The notes beneath the pieces are model-generated. The model was given only the letters and a program-made list of their open reading frames with translations. It did no database searches and was not told the origin of the DNA. Made by a program: the position numbers and the translations under genes. Below are positions 14,080-27,672 of a stretch of DNA of 64,000 bases, piece after piece; position 1 is the stretch's first letter, and each line of letters opens with the position of its first letter. Where the stretch lies: the NCBI RefSeq assembly GCF_001194135.2, contig NC_068983.1, forward strand, positions 137,723,714-137,787,713, in the 5' to 3' direction. The stretch is from Octopus bimaculoides (taxonomy: Eukaryota).

Positions 14080-14080
<1 letters not shown>
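13690..14080 (+). mobile_element. 5'-truncated R4/Dong-like RLE non-LTR retrotransposon (endonuclease C-terminus plus 3'UTR)
   Basis: IVLIEKENKLCWIIDIACPADNKVCDKEERKVERYDRLAWEVKQLWSMKKVVVVPIIVGALG, then after a 1-nt frameshift QKTALLGTARILRKVL*. Both sides are flanked by (AAT)n. Confidence 0.92.
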
Positions 14081-14620
<540 letters not shown>

Positions 14621-14817
14621 ACGACCTAAAGAAAACTGGGTCCTACCTGCAAGGTCATGCGTTTATCTTGATATGAAATCACCATGTCGCGTACATATGG
14701 TTGTGATGCATGTGCCTGGTGTACCCTTATCAGACTGGTAGTTATGATAGGGATATTGGATTTCGTATATTTGTACCTCAGTGTCACTTTGATAGGATGC
14801 ACTGCTCTCTCACTCAA

Positions 14818-14886
<69 letters not shown>

Positions 14887-14899
14887 ATTAATAATAATG

Positions 14900-15790
14900 A
14901 TATAACAATTAACACGGAACTACATCCAAAAAGCGATATTGACAGGCTGTATGTGCCTAGGAACAAGGAAGGAAGAGGCCTCATAGGATGAAAGATCTAT
15001 GTTGTCAACCAAAAGAACAGTCTGGGATGGTACATCAAACAACTGAGTGAATCCTTTCTTGCCACTGTTAGAATTAACAATAAAATACCTATCAAAAATG
15101 TGATGCATTCACAAACATTCAAGAATAAACAACTGGAAAATGAAATCCTGCATGGGTAATATCTCAGAGAAATCGAAAGAAAAGACTAGACCAACACTTG
15201 GAGAGGATTAAGAAAAAGTGATCTGAAAGGATGCACTGAAGCATTGATATGCAGCGCCCAGGAACAAGCTCTGAGAACTAATGTCACCAAGTTCCAAATC
15301 GATAAGAGCAGCGAATCGCCCCTTTGTAGGAAGAGTGGCAGTAAAAACGAAACAATCTCACATATGTTGGGTGAGTGTAGCAAGGTGGCCCAAAAGCACT
15401 ACAAAGGGAGAGACGATAGTGTGGCTACGTTCGACCACTGGAAACTATGTGAAAAGTACGGCCCAGACAGAACACAGAAATGGCACAAACATGAACCAGA
15501 AGGAGTCACTGAGAACAAGGAATATAAGATACTGTGGGATTTTACAATACAATGTGACTCTCTAATCGATTCTCGGAGACCAGATATTGTTGCAGTAGAT
15601 AGAGGAAAAAAGGAAACCAAGATTATGGGTATTGCAATACCTGGGGATGCAAGCATAAGTGACAAAGAACTTGAAAAGATTGGAAAAGTACTGTCTGCTA
15701 AAAAACGAAATTGCAAGAATGTGGGCTGAAGAGAGTGTTTGTCATTCCAATAGTTGTAGGGACATTCGGAGCACTAACAAGTGTATTGGA
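14900..15790 (+). mobile_element. 5'-truncated R4/Dong-like RLE LINE (post-RT region, zinc knuckle, RLE)
   Basis: LHPKSDIDRLYVPRNKEGRGLIG; ALICSAQEQALRTN; CRKSGSKNETISHMLGECSKVAQKHYKGRDD (degenerate CCHC); ILWDFTIQCDSLIDSRRPDIV (RLE PD motif). Starts after (TAC)n plus (TAA)n. Confidence 0.93.
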
Positions 15791-17435
15791 GTACTGATAT
15801 CAAACAATATTAACAAACACTGCGGCATTTCCAAGGTTTTACCTCTAATTTTCATTTTTACCTCTAATTTTATGCATAACCTGGTATATTCCTTACAAAT
15901 AAGCTTAACAGAACAAGGTATGGGTATAAAATTGACAAAAAGAAAATAATCTATTTTATATGAATGACTTAAAACTCTACGGCAAAGACGATGATGAGCT
16001 TGGAAGACTATTACGTACTGTGAAAACATTCAGTGATGATATCATGATGGAGTTTGGTCTTGATAAGTGTGTCAAGACCACTTTCCAGAAAGGGAAATTG
16101 AAGACCTCAAATTCAGTCGTGTTAGATGTTGACACAGTTATAAAAGAACTTTAGCAAGAACAAACTTATAAATACTTAGGAATAGATGAAGGCTCTGGCA
16201 TCCAGCATGCATGCATAAAAGATAAGATCAAGAAGGAATGTTATACGAGAGTTCAAGCAATTCTGAAATCTGAGTTAAATGCACATAAGGTGTTAGCCAT
16301 AAATTCCTTAAGAGTTCCAGTTGTTATATCATCAATGTGTTGAAGTAGAATATTAGTGCAATAAAGAAAATGGACAGAAAAATACGTAAGCTGCTGATTT
16401 GTAAATAAGATGCACCACCCTAAGGCAAATATGGATCATCTTTATCTTCTCAGAGCCCAAGGAGGTCGAGGCTTGATCCAGTTTGAACTCTCTTACAAAA
16501 CCACTACAATTGGACTTGCCAATATCCTGAAACAACTAACGACTGGATGCTAAAACTCGTTAAAAATCCCGAGACGTAAGAAGCTCCATTCTGTCTTGAA
16601 GGAGAGTAAAAAAATTGCTATTGATTTCATTCATGATACCCAGGCTGAACATCCTGAGGGAAGTGCTGTTATTGCAAAAAAGGGTAAAATTAATGGCAAA
16701 GAACAGAGCACATAAACAATTGGTTGGTAGGTGGGGCCAGAAACCTCTGCATTGCAAAGTAAACAACCTGAGGTAGACCAGGAGCACACTCATTAGTGGC
16801 TACGAAGCTCAGTACTAAAGACAGAGAGAAAAAGCTTCATTTTAGCCGCTCAAGATCAAAGCTTATTGACCCGGAAATACCAAGCTAATGTGATGGAAAA
16901 TGGAGTAGATCCAAAGTACCGATTCTGCAATGATGGGATTGAAGCAGTGGACCGCTTAGTCTCTGGATGTAAAGTTTTAGCACCTATAAAATATAAATCT
17001 AGCCATGACAGAGTTGGTCAATATCTACACTGGTTAATATGTTGGCATTATAAAATCAAAACTGTTGACAAATGGTATAAGCACCACCCTGAGGCTGAAC
17101 CGAGGGAGAAAATAACAATTCTTTGGAACTTTCCAGTAAAACCATCAAAAGCTAATAAACCGGATATTGTTGAAGGGCAAAAATCATAAAGTCTATGAAT
17201 ACTCCTTGTGTTCATAATAATTCTTCAAAAGAATTTGACAAATTCAGAAAATGTAAAGATTTTCTCATTGAAATCGAAAATAATGTAGTATCTCAACGCG
17301 GTTACAATACCAATGATTGTAGGAGCGCTTGGAAAGGTTAAAAAAGGAACTGAAAATTATTTGAGAATGATCTCTGGCTTACTATCCCAGCAAGAAGTGC
17401 AAAAGATCGTTTTAACTGCTACGTCTTCCATCCAT

Positions 17436-17436
<1 letters not shown>
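15791..17436 (+). mobile_element. Degenerate R4/Dong-like RLE LINE (RT core to RLE), directly downstream of the previous copy
   Basis: CGIxQG; LYMNDLKLYGKDDDELGRLLRTVKTFSDDIMMEFGLDKC (YMDD-type motif); YKYLG; AAQDQSLLTRKYQ; CRFCNDGIEAVDRLVSGCKVLAPIKYKSSHDRVGQYLHW; NKPDIV; IVGALGKVKKG; QKIVLT. Ends at (CA)n. Confidence 0.93.
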
Positions 17437-17437
<1 letters not shown>

Positions 17438-17525
<88 letters not shown>

Positions 17526-17530
17526 ACACA
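17438..17530. repeat. (CA)n microsatellite
   Basis: Directly visible. Confidence 0.97.
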
Positions 17531-20500
17531 TTTGAGGGAAAATTACCAATTGTGATGTTAGCATCTTTCCCTGAGGCAAGAGAAGGATAAAAATAAAAGT
17601 GAAATGGCTCCAACCGGAATTCTAAACAATATCGAGGTCTCGAATTGAGCTATTGCCCTAGAAATAAGTTTGTAAATTGAGAAATATATTATTTGTTTAG
17701 TATTAAGTGGAAAAGTCCTTTCCTGAAAGATTTCGGTTTCGTCCTGTGATTGCAGATGTGAAATAAGCAAGGTGATAAGGTGAGGAACTAATAGCATTCG
17801 GGTCATCAGTTCATATCACAATTTTTGTATTTTTCGAAAAATAACATAATTTTACTTGACAGTACAAACAGCAACAACATAAAACCTAGTACTCTTTCCA
17901 CAGTGTGATACTATGATCAACGATCTTTTTGTCTTGGACCAGATTTGACTGTTAAAACTGATATAAACCCATAAGAACGAGCATAGTCTGGATTTTTATA
18001 AAAAATGTACAAGAATATTTACAGTTTAATGCAAAGAATGTAACACTTTAAAATGAGAGAGAAAAATATGAGTTGCAAGGAAAAAATATTCTGTTGAGGA
18101 TTAAGCTTGCGAATTTGTAGTAACATATCGAAGAGTAGACAATCAAGATTTAAAGCCAACAAAAGCATTCATAAATTATGCAATGCTCCAGGTTTTGTCA
18201 ATTAACAAGTGCATTCGTCATGTACACGTGACAGTGTTGGGAAAAGATTACTAAATGTCGAACTTTTAATTGACCGCAACTGATCTATTTTTCTATATTC
18301 CTTTCTAATAATTTATGCAAAAGAAAAAGTCATTGGAACGTATTACTTTATTAGTGTTGGAACCCATAATTAATTGTGTGGGAAGTTTGTCCTTATGTAG
18401 TACATAATAAATAAGACAGGATGTTCACTCTATAGCCTATATCAGAGGCGGCAATAATTTAGTCATGCAAAAACGAAATGTTTACTAATTTTTCCGTGTT
18501 GTTGCGACTGCCCACAGGAGTGCCCTATAATAACTCTTGGTATCTATTCATAGCTAAGCAACGTGGGCAATTTAATTGCTTTAACTGTAGCATATTTCGG
18601 TTGTTAGTCCAACATTTTATCAATTCGACTAGCTGTCCGAACATTTACTTATTTGACAATGATGTACATTAATACATCTTTGGCAAGCCAAATAAAAATG
18701 ATTGTGCAAAATTAGCTACAAAATGGCTCTGGTGGATAACATTTTCAGTTGTAATAACGTCTTTACAGGTTTACAATGTCTGAAATCTAATAATCATTTG
18801 CAGTAACAATGTTTTGGATTCGATCTTCATAAACATCTAGAAATAATCGCTATTCACGTAGAGAAATAATGACCGCCCCCTCCAACTTGTTGGGCATACC
18901 AGCCAAAGCCACCTTAGTTTACATACTACTCTCTTGATAAATGTAAAGTGAAACGGATAATATACTCCTCGACACACTTTGAAAAGCCAGGATAGTCATT
19001 GTTAGAACGACTTTGGCTTTAAAGTGCTTTGTTAGGAATGACCGTGGGCGAGACAATATCAGCAGCGATAATAGCAACAGCAATGACAGTGCATAATTTT
19101 CTCGCAGACTTACTTTCTTTGGACGTTATATTTACGTGATTTTTTGTATCGTTTAGCAATGTCAGACCAACTCCATTAATCATTGTAGATTGTTTCTGGA
19201 TGACGTGTTGTAAAATGATCATTTCTCTATCATACGCTTTCTAGTCCGATCTCACAGCGCAGCATCTTAGACAAATGTATTTTCCATTATATTCTCAGGT
19301 TGACTCAAGTCTTGTAAATCAAATTTGGTAGACAGAAACTGTGTTGAAACCCGCCTGATGAAATGTACCTGTTTTGGGAGGTTTGTAGACTGTGGCTGTG
19401 TTAAATTGTCAGTCATTTTAACAGAAACAGTAACCACTTGCGTACTTTTGGTGGAGTCCTCTCTGTTGTTAGCATTCTGATCAAATTACCAATTTGTTTC
19501 CCACACCAACTCTTCCAATCAGTCTTGGAGGTTTATGTAAAATTGTCGCCATAAAAGCTGCTCTTTCATATCTAATTAAACCTTAAAAGAAATATTTACA
19601 ATGGCAAAGTTTAATTTTCTGTAGCAACAATTTTGGATGAAGCTGTGTATTGTTGATCTTATTTGGACAAAATACGTTGCAAATTTATGGGACAAAATAC
19701 GATATTTTTAAGAATGAATGTATTCAAACTTTCAAACTTTGCTGTTATATGTCAAGATATGGAGAAGATATTTCAAATGAAAGAAGTAAATCACCTCTAA
19801 AAATCAAGCTGGAAATCTATTAGCAAGAAAGATAGTGGCTAATATATGTAAAAAAAAATTGACATTCGAAAAACTGTTATTCTTCGAACATTATTCCACT
19901 AAGTTATAATGCAACACCTTATTTGGTATTTTATTAATTTTACTAGACTCTTCTTTTTTCGATTATTTTAGCTTAAAGAAGATAACGTATACTATATGTT
20001 GCTGAACTTACCAATAATGTGATGCTTTTCTCAATATTCTCTGACAATTTTCAGACAATCAACTGACGAAAATTAGATTTTCAAGCAAGAAATAGTAATT
20101 CCAATTTTGAAATTATTACCTCGGTATTGATTACAAAAGAATTTTTGTTTTTATTAATTCATTGCATTTTACAAAGAAAATTAAATTAAATAGCAACATA
20201 CACACATAAATTTACATGTGTGCATGCACATGTAAGTATGTACGAATATATACACGCGGACGTACACATTCATAAATCTACATGTACGCATATACTTATA
20301 TTGAAACATGTATATATGTTATATAATATATGATACATATTTATATATATTAATATAAATATGAAGACTCACACGCATACATATATGCTCATATGTATGT
20401 ATGGATTTATTTATGTATGTATGTATGTATGTATGTATGTATGTATGTATGCGTGTAAACACACACGTGCATACACACACACATATATATATATAAGTTG

Positions 20501-20599
20501 CCAAATCAATATATCATGCTTTACCACGTTCTATTATATATATATATATATATACATACACATAATGACTATGTATGTATAACGTGTGCGTGTGGGTAC

Positions 20600-20685
<86 letters not shown>

Positions 20686-20730
20686 GTGTATGTATACATA
20701 TAAATTTGACATGGGCAATTCTTTCTTGTT

Positions 20731-20780
<50 letters not shown>

Positions 20781-22154
20781 AGTGTGTGCGTGTATATATA
20801 CATACATATATATGTATGTGTATATGTATGTGAATACATATATAATAAAGTATTATATATATACATTTATGTACACATTCATTTTCCTCTTTGAATACAT
20901 ATATATTGAAATGAATCTTTGTAGTGAGTAAAACTTTCTTTAGAAAAGGGATTATTTTTTTCCTATTTGTATTGATATGTCAAAGTTGGCAATTGCAAGT
21001 TAAAAATACAAGCTGATATACCAATCTTTATTGTTTTAAAAATAGTTAGTGACAGGACATATTTCATCTCCGAATAACGTCATGTTTCTTTGGCAAATCA
21101 ATGTTTAACTGTATTTTCCCCTTTTATTAACACGAAGCAATTGGGAAAAAGTTTACAGAAATAAATATAAAGGCTTCTAAATTCGATACAGATATAGTTT
21201 TCATCTGATTTTAACCATTTAAATCGATTGCTTCTTTCCTGGAGCGAAAATCTTAAAACTACATTAGCTATAAGTATATCTATATCTATATCTCTCTTTC
21301 TCTATATTATATAATGTGTGTGTGCGTATATATANNNNNNNNNNNNNNNNNNNNNNNNNNNNNNNNNNNNNNNNNNNNNNNNNNNNNNNNNNNNNNNNNN
21401 NNNNNNNNNNNNNNNNNNNNNNNNNNNNNNNNNNNNNNNNNNNNNNNNNNNNNNNNNNNNNNNNNNNNNNNNNNNNNNNNNNNNNNNNNNNNNNNNNNNN
21501 NNNNNNNNNNNNNNNNNNNNNNNNNNNNNNNNNNNNNNNNNNNNNNNNNNNNNNNNNNNNNNNNNNNNNNNNNNNNNNNNNNNNNNNNNNNNNNNNNNNN
21601 NNNNNNNNNNNNNNNNNNNNNNNNNNNNNNNNNNNNNNNNNNNNNNNNNNNNNNNNNNNNNNNNNNNNNNNNNNNNNNNNNNNNNNNNNNNNNNNNNNNN
21701 NNNNNNNNNNNNNNNNNNNNNNNNNNNNNNNNNNNNNNNNNNNNNNNNNNNNNNNNNNNNNNNNNNNNNNNNNNNNNNNNNNNNNNNNNNNNNNNNNNNN
21801 NNNNNNNNNNNNNNNNNNNNNNNNNNNNNNNNNNNNNNNNNNNNNNNNNNNNNNNNNNNNNNNNNNNNNNNNNNNNNNNNNNNNNNNNNNNNNNNNNNNN
21901 NNNNNNNNNNNNNNNNNNNNNNNNNNNNNNNNNNNNNNNNNNNNNNNNNNNNNNNNNNNNNNNNNNNNNNNNNNNNNNNNNNNNNNNNNNNNNNNNNNNN
22001 NNNNNNNNNNNNNNNNNNNNNNNNNNNNNNNNNNNNNNNNNNNNNNNNNNNNNNNNNNNNNNNNNNNNNNNNNNNNNNNNNNNNNNNNNNNNNNNNNNNN
22101 NNNNNNNNNNNNNNNNNNNNNNNNNNNNNNNNNNNNNNNNNNNNNNNNNNNNNN

Positions 22155-22230
<76 letters not shown>

Positions 22231-22621
22231 AATGTGTATAATATATATGATACTTTGTATTGCTTCCTTGTATGATATGTATAATACTTTGTATTGCTTC
22301 CACTGGAAGAAAGAAGATTCAATATATTTACAGAATATATATTTTAACCGAGAGAAACGAGGGAACAATTCCACACAGTCACTAACCAGCTTCATGTCAG
22401 GAGAGAATCATCAAAGAGATGCAACCTAGGCTTGACAGTGAAGTACAGCATCTTGATTCAACTTTTTCATATACTAAAAAGAAAATCCGAAATACTGAAA
22501 GTGTGCAGGTAGGTGAATAAAATGCTCCTGAAAAACATACAGATAAACATATACACCATTCATTACTCAGTTTTGACTTCACGTGCGCGTGGTCTCACAC
22601 ACACGCGCGCGCGTGCACACA

Positions 22622-22692
<71 letters not shown>

Positions 22693-23167
22693 NNNNNNNN
22701 NNNNNNNNNNNNNNNNNNNNNNNNNNNNNNNNNNNNNNNNNNNNNNNNNNNNNNNNNNNNNNNNNNNNNNNNNNNNNNNNNNNNNNNNNNNNNNNNNNNN
22801 NNNNNNNNNNNNNNNNNNNNNNNNNNNNNNNNNNNNNNNNNNNNNNNNNNNNNNNNNNNNNNNNNNNNNNNNNNNNNNNNNNNNNNNNNNNNNNNNNNNN
22901 NNNNNNNNNNNNNNNNNNNNNNNNNNNNNNNNNNNNNNNNNNNNNNNNNNNNNNNNNNNNNNNNNNNNNNNNNNNNNNNNNNNNNNNNNNNNNNNNNNNN
23001 NNNNNNNNNNNNNNNNNNNNNNNNNNNNNNNNNNNNNNNNNNNNNNNNNNNNNNNNNNNNNNNNNNNNNNNNNNNNNNNNNNNNNNNNNNNNNNNNNNNN
23101 NNNNNNNNNNNNNNNNNNNNNNNNNNNNNNNNNNNNNNNNNNNNNNNNNNNNNNNNNNNNNNNNNNN

Positions 23168-23450
23168 TATATACTCTTTACTCTTTTACTTGTTTCAGTC
23201 ATTTGACTGCGGCCATGCTGGAGCACCGCCTTTAGTCGAGCAAATTGACCCAGGACTTATTCTTTGTAAGCCTAGTACCTATTCAATCGGTCTCTTTTGC
23301 CGAACCGCTAAGTTACGGGGACGTAAACACACCAGCATCGGTTGTCAAGCGATGTTGAGGGAACAAACACAGACACACAAACACACATATATATATACAT
23401 ATACATATATACGACGGGCTTGTTTCAGTTTCCGTCTACCACGAATTTTC
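23168..23450 (-). mobile_element. SINE 3' part (same family as 45002-45412)
   Basis: Reverse complement of 45130-45412, e.g. cttttacttgtttcagtcatttgactgcggccatgctggagcacc and gacgggcttgtttcagtttccgtctacc. Confidence 0.9.
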
Positions 23451-23529
23451 CATCATAAATACTCATGTTCTTTTTGCATTATCTGAAATGGAATACCCAC
23501 AAATCTATTGATTGAAATCCAAATAACTG

Positions 23530-23572
<43 letters not shown>

Positions 23573-23573
23573 C

Positions 23574-23733
23574 AGGCATGATTGAGTTGGCCAATACTTG
23601 CACTGGAGTATATGCTGTTACTATGATATCCCGCACCCTAGGAACTGGTATGAACACTACTCAGAGCCAATCATTGGCGGAGAGAATGTTACCATCCTAT
23701 GGGATTATGGGATACATGTAGACAGGCAAATAA
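23574..23733 (+). mobile_element. Short R4/Dong-like RLE LINE fragment
   Basis: RHD*VGQYLHWSICCYYDIPHPRNWYEHYSEPIIGGENVTILWDYGIHVDRQI is homologous to the 17.0 kb and 27.5 kb peptides. Confidence 0.85.
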
Positions 23734-23737
23734 CGTT

Positions 23738-23870
23738 GTGACTAGTGTGCTGCACTCACGATCGCGAGATCGTGGTTTCGATTCCCAAACCGACTGCGTG
23801 TTGTAGTCTTGATCAAAACACTTCATTTCACATTGCTCCAGTCCCTCAACTGAAAATGGGTAACCCTGGT
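23738..23870 (+). mobile_element. tRNA-derived SINE head
   Basis: B-box-like ggtttcgattcc; body ttgatcaaaacacttcatttcacattgctccagtc is shared with other copies. Confidence 0.65.
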
Positions 23871-25336
23871 ATAGCTAGCGGGATGGTATCATTCGCAAAC
23901 TAAAACGATGCGAAGCGCACTGTGAGGAGTGGTGTGTAAAAATATCCTATTGTCTGGTCGATACTGTGATACTGTGATATGCATATATGATATCACAGTA
24001 CGGTGACATACTTACACCCCCCCCACACACATTCTCTCTCTCCCTCTCTCTGTGTCGGAAGTACATTGTTTCATTAGCTCTGGAGGCACATGACTGTAGG
24101 TTGGATCGGTGGTAGCAAGAGGATGGAATGTAATCTATTAAACAAAAATTTGATAGGGGTTGTAAAATTAATGTAAAATTAGAAGGAAGAAGGAAAACTT
24201 ATTTTCTCTAGGTTGGCGTTGACTTTAAGTGAAGTGTGTAAGCTGTGTGCGCATCGTTCCAGAGACACGAAAGCATCGCCAAAACGAATTTGTACTCATG
24301 AAAGCACTACCGAAAATTATGCCTTCCAAGGTCAGGAAAACGCATTGGTTAGCGGAAAATAATCCTCTTCTCCGCCAAATAGTGCCTGCATCTCCTACTT
24401 CCATTAAGATACTATCTAGACCTTTCAATAACTTCTAGGTGATGTTATAAGATGTTGCATCTTTTAAATTGCCATATATGACTGCCTGAAATTGTGACAT
24501 TTTGCCTTTTCTGGATCCTACAATATCATCTATGATTATTCAGCCTGTCCTTAAAGTGTCCTCTCTGTTGCCCCGACGCTTTACTGTATATGCAATGTCT
24601 CTCTGGCGTTTGTAAATGTTACTTGTGCTTCGTAGACCAAAGCTTCTTAATTTCAATTTCAATATATTTCTCGATTCAGTCTTTCCATTTCTCTGACGTT
24701 TCTTTCTTCAAAACTCACTAAATCAATTTCAGGCTCATGAGCACATCTTAGTTTTATCAATTAGAAAATTCAAAGCAGAAAAAAGAAGAAATCTGAAAAA
24801 TCTCTGAAAAAGGCCCCATCTCAAAGGAATCTGAATTCCCATCTATAGTTTTCCAAAACACATCAGTCTTTATCAAATTTAATCAAATAAACACTAACGG
24901 CATGGGACAAAATTTCAATAAATTTAACTTACCGAATTCTTCAGATACCCGATAAAAATTTAGAAAAACGGCTTTTACTATTTGTTTTTATTCTTCTGTT
25001 TTTCTACTTTACAAAAAAGATTTTTTTAATCCATTGTTTCGCTCTCGACCGTCACTAAATCAATAATAAAACTGTATTTTATCTGGTAAAATTAAAATGT
25101 TATAAGTCCGACAGGAGGATAAAAAAGTCAATGAAGAAAGGACATTGCATTACACTGAATCACTTTATTTGGAAACGTACGAAAGGGTTTGATGCTGCTG
25201 CTACTGATGATGATAATGATGACGACGACGACAATGATGATACTGATGATGATCGTAATCATCAATGTTATCACCATTTTCATCATCATAATCTTTATTG
25301 TTACCAATGATGTTTATGACGATGATAATACCTACA

Positions 25337-25389
<53 letters not shown>

Positions 25390-25390
<1 letters not shown>

Positions 25391-26640
25391 ACCTGCCTGT
25401 CGTCTCTTGCCCTGCTTCATGGCTGACCAAGCTGGAGCGTTTGCTCTTCCGCTTTCTGTTAAAGGGTTGTGTTCCACCCGTTAGATGGTCCATATCCTGT
25501 CAACAGCCGCTGAGTGGAGGATTGGGTATGCCGTGGATAATGATGCGCAGACACGCGATGTGGCTTCGACATCTCCAACGTTTTCTTAATAGTGAATAGG
25601 TGTGGTCGCCTTTTGTTAGGCAGGATTTTCCGCAGCTTGTCTCATTGACGGAGCTACAGTCCTGGATCAAAGCGTAGACCAAGAAAGGGCGCTTGGCATC
25701 TTGAGTGTCGGTAAGAGCTCACAGCTTTCTACCAGCCGGGCAATGCAGTCGGTGGAGGTTCCACCTTGGAGTTTTATAGGGGATTAGTGGCGGGTAAGAG
25801 CGACGACGTTCTCGGAGAAACTCTCGGCGTCGGAGGGGATCAATTAACTGTTTTCTTTCTGGAGAATTTCCGAGGCCTATGGATAACTTCCAGAAATCCC
25901 TGGCCTGGAAGTGCTACTGGGGAGCTCCGTCTGTTCGAGATAAGCTCTTCAGACACGGAAGTTCTGTCAGACGGTCTTGTCCGAGGTGTGCGCTGGGCGA
26001 CGAAATCGTCCTGCATGCACTCGTCCAGTGTCCGTGCATTACTGACTTTTGGAGCTTTGTCGAACAGCTGTTGTCGCGTGTAGGACGGATCCGGTTATCA
26101 GCCGAGTCCATCGTGAAAATCACCGCGCTGCCTTCTTTTGTCCAGGAAGGAAAAGCAGTTTTCTTCTGTCTGGTGGCTATGGCGAAGGAGGTAGTGTGAT
26201 GGACGAAATGGAAAGGACTGAAGACAGATACTTTCCTCTTCGGTCAAGCCATCATCGACATTTTCAAGTTCCACTTAAAAAGGAAAGTGAGGGTACAGAG
26301 AGAAGTTCTTCCTTCCAGTAAATTTGTTGAGAGGTCTATGTGGCGACGATGGCCCGTATGAGTGTACCTGCTCTGAACATCCGTTTGTAAACCGGAGAAT
26401 TTGAGAAGGAGTGAGGCACCTTCTTAGTGACATTTAGCAATCGAGATAACCAAAACGTGTGGGGTTCCTCGGTTGTCCCTGTGGAGAACTCCCCCTTCTT
26501 GTGGAATTTTTATTAATTGATTTGTTAATTGGTTTGTTACTTATTGTATGCACAGCATTTTTCAACACCCGACATGTCCCTTGTATTGTATTGTCCCTAT
26601 TTGTTTTGTGTTCAGTCCTTGTGGCCAATAAAGAAATCAT
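25390..26640 (+). mobile_element. 5'-truncated Tx1/L1-clade LINE, ORF2 C-terminus (zf-RVT) plus 3'UTR
   Basis: KLERLLFRFLLKG...LSGGLGMP; QKSLAWKCYWGAPSVRDKL; CPRCALGDEIVLHALVQC (CxxC...H...C); AMAKEVVW. AATAAA at 26627-26632 is followed by (TCT)n. Confidence 0.92.
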
Positions 26641-26733
26641 TCTTCTTCTTCTTCTTCTTCTTCTTCTTCTTCTTCTTCTTCTTCTTCTTCTTCTTCTTCT
26701 TCTTCTTCTTCTTCTTCTTCTTCTTCTTCTTCT
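26641..26733. repeat. (TTC)n microsatellite at the Tx1 3' junction
   Basis: Directly visible; runs into a gap. Confidence 0.97.
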
Positions 26734-27368
26734 NNNNNNNNNNNNNNNNNNNNNNNNNNNNNNNNNNNNNNNNNNNNNNNNNNNNNNNNNNNNNNNNNNN
26801 NNNNNNNNNNNNNNNNNNNNNNNNNNNNNNNNNNNNNNNNNNNNNNNNNNNNNNNNNNNNNNNNNNNNNNNNNNNNNNNNNNNNNNNNNNNNNNNNNNNN
26901 NNNNNNNNNNNNNNNNNNNNNNNNNNNNNNNNNNNNNNNNNNNNNNNNNNNNNNNNNNNNNNNNNNNNNNNNNNNNNNNNNNNNNNNNNNNNNNNNNNNN
27001 NNNNNNNNNNNNNNNNNNNNNNNNNNNNNNNNNNNNNNNNNNNNNNNNNNNNNNNNNNNNNNNNNNNNNNNNNNNNNNNNNNNNNNNNNNNNNNNNNNNN
27101 NNNNNNNNNNNNNNNNNNNNNNNNNNNNNNNNNNNNNNNNNNNNNNNNNNNNNNNNNNNNNNNNNNNNNNNNNNNNNNNNNNNNNNNNNNNNNNNNNNNN
27201 NNNNNNNNNNNNNNNNNNNNNNNNNNNNNNNNNNNNNNNNNNNNNNNNNNNNNNNNNNNNNNNNNNNNNNNNNNNNNNNNNNNNNNNNNNNNNNNNNNNN
27301 NNNNNNNNNNNNNNNNNNNNNNNNNNNNNNNNNNNNNNNNNNNNNNNNNNNNNNNNNNNNNNNNNNNN

Positions 27369-27634
27369 CTATCTGTGTGTATTGGCATATCCCAGAGTAT
27401 GGTTGCTTTCTCGTTTTCTGTGACCTTTTCTGGCGTGTGTTTATACCATCTTTTTTCTGTTGTTATTCCATAGTGTTGGCATAGCTTCCAGTGTATATAG
27501 GGCCCTGTTCTGTCGTGTCTGTGAATATATTCCTTCTTAGCCAGGACTGGGCAGCCAGAGATAATATGATTTATTGTTTCTTGTCCATCTCCACAAATTC
27601 TACAGTTACTTGTTATGTTTCTTTTCATTATATG

Positions 27635-27637
<3 letters not shown>
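27369..27637 (-). mobile_element. 5'-truncated R4/Dong-like RLE LINE whose 3' end is lost in the gap
   Basis: CRICGDGQETINHIISGCPVLAKKEYIHRHDRTGPYIHWKLC...ILWDMPIHTD has an intact CCHC knuckle and no stop. Its 5' end abuts (AAT)n on the sense strand. Confidence 0.92.

Positions 27638-27670
<33 letters not shown>

Positions 27671-27672
<2 letters not shown>

Noticed and set aside
17757-17780. Possible 24-nt microexon (tgcag|ATGTGAAATAAGCAAGGTGATAAG|gtgagg)
   Set aside because: Too short to evaluate without transcript data; such site pairs are expected by chance.
24212-24232. VGVDFK resembling the Rab effector motif TIGVDFK
   Set aside because: It is followed immediately by a stop, with no other GTPase motifs.
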